From: Octopus vulgaris
Lineage: Eukaryota
Assembly (NCBI GenBank): GCA_951406725.2
Contig: OX597826.1
Coordinates: 60,636,001-60,700,000 of the forward strand
Direction: 5' to 3'
Length of the DNA stretch: 64,000 nt
Positions 62,191 through 64,000 of the stretch are shown here, piece after piece. The position numbers were made by a program, and so were the translations under genes. A model generated the notes under the pieces. That model saw nothing but the letters and a program-made list of their open reading frames with translations, was not told where the DNA came from and did not search any database. Numbering within the stretch: position 1 is the stretch's first letter; each line of letters starts with the position of its first letter.

Positions 62191-62946
62191 CATGAAAGAG
62201 ACAACAGTTTAAGCGATAAAGATTGAGGGAGATGAAATGAAAGGAGACATATTTTTAAAATATGTAGACATAAATATATGCAAAATTTCAGGTGGTGAAA
62301 GAAAAGGTAAAGCAGGAAAAATGCAATTGTGATGGCGAGATGGATGAGATGATGTCTTTTATTTTTAATTAGATTTTGATGAGGATAATGTAGAAAATTT
62401 CAAGAGTGAAAAATTCTGCCATCAATTCCATTAACATTTAAAATGAGGATTTCAACCAATTATATTATATGAAGTATTTTTGTAGATTCTTTTACTAATT
62501 TGTATATATTCATTCTCCCCACATCACACAGCTCTCTCCTTTCGCATCTTCCTGGATGCATGTGAACAGATCTACTTTGATATGTATTTTATACATATGC
62601 GCACGCGTGTATATGTATGTGCGTGTGTTAGTATGTATGTGTGTGTGTAAATAGGTGTGTGTCAAAAGAGAAAGAATAGAGGGTTTTAAAGAAATACGTA
62701 GATTCATATAAAAGTAAATTCCGAGATAGATATGTAGACAGATATGATCCGACATAAGCAGAAGAATATGTATTTAAAACTGTCTCTACATAATAGTAAT
62801 GAATATATGTATTCGTACATATAAATACATACACAGACATATACAGAGACAGATAGATAATTTGATAGATACATGGATACATACATACGTGACAGATACG
62901 TCTACATATCTCTACATCTCTTTCTATCTGTCTATCTATCTATCTA

Positions 62947-63025
<79 letters not shown>

Positions 63026-63060
63026 GTGTCCATATATATATCTATATATATGTATATATA

Positions 63061-63097
<37 letters not shown>

Positions 63098-64000
63098 GAT
63101 ATATATGCTTATATATATGATACACATATGCCTATATATGTATATATATATATATATATATATGATACATAGATGCATATATATGTATAAATAAATGTAT
63201 AAATATGTATATATAAATATTATATATATATATTCATATACATATAAATATGCGTGAGGTTGAGTATATGTATGTACAAGTTTAAAATAATGCATATATT
63301 GTCAATATGTCAATATATAATATTTCTTTTGTTTCATTTAGTTGTCATTTAAAAAGAAGAATATTTTATATTTTAAATATACTTTCTCAATATTCGTTTA
63401 CTTTTCCTTGTTTTTCCCTGTGTAAAATCTTTCGCACGATGACATATATCGTCCATGAATCATTGTTGAGTCATATCAATAGCAGAAACACCAACGTTTC
63501 CTTATGTCGAGGTGGGGCAACAAGACAAGGGTGGAGTAGAAAGGTATTTCTCTCCTTTTCCTTCCTCTTCTTTCACTATCTCTTTTCTTTTTTCTTTATT
63601 TTTCAAACAAAATTTTAAAAGACAACCCCTACCTACCCTAGTTAAATAAAAGACAAAAGGCGAAAACAGAAGAAACAATAATGAAAAGAAGAAAAAATAG
63701 GTTGGACAGAGGAAGGAAAGTGATAAAATATCATAAATGTAAACAAAATAAAAGGAAATACATACAGAAAAATCGGAAGGCAAAAACAATAATACACAAA
63801 CAAACAAACAAACACCTCCTAACAAAACCAAAAATCAACCCAGAAGTGCAAAATGCTAACGAAATTTCTTTCTAATGTCTTTCAAGAGCTGACGGCTATC
63901 ATTAAATTTATTTGCATTCTGCACTTCAAGTCCAAGGTGTTTTTAACGTTCTTTCCAATATGGTTTTCAGATATTCGGTTTGGTTCGTGGTTGTATTTTT

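Noticed and set aside
63843-63927. 14-bp stem GAAGTGCAAAATGC / GCATTCTGCACTTC, possible pre-miRNA
   Set aside because: Interior poorly paired; no known mature miRNA recognised

Overview
AT-rich, microsatellite-saturated eukaryotic non-coding DNA (intron or intergenic). The repeat content (tRNA-derived SINEs, RTE LINE, mariner/Tc1 relics, dense (TA)n/(GATA)n/(CA)n) points to an octopus-type cephalopod genome; this is an inference. No intact host gene is recognisable, and nearly all listed ORFs are microsatellite artefacts. Recognisable coding relics are a decayed RTE reverse transcriptase (20.2-21.9 kb), several mariner/Tc1 transposase fragments and an inverted pair of Penelope-like GIY-YIG C-termini (27.6-27.9 kb). 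The main hidden signal is about 16 type-I hammerhead-ribozyme (HHR) or HHR-like motifs in several unrelated short repeat families. Two have a fully canonical core and intact stems (13168-13258 and 13925-14010, both on the minus strand, cleavage sites 757 nt apart). Others carry recurrent core variants (CCGANGA, CUGUNGA, GAAU). Most lie just upstream of a (TA)n tract, suggesting a diverse population of non-autonomous, ribozyme-bearing Penelope-like/retrozyme-like elements. Many long fold-back hairpins and multimeric SINEs are also present. All structures were read by eye; boundaries of decayed elements are approximate.
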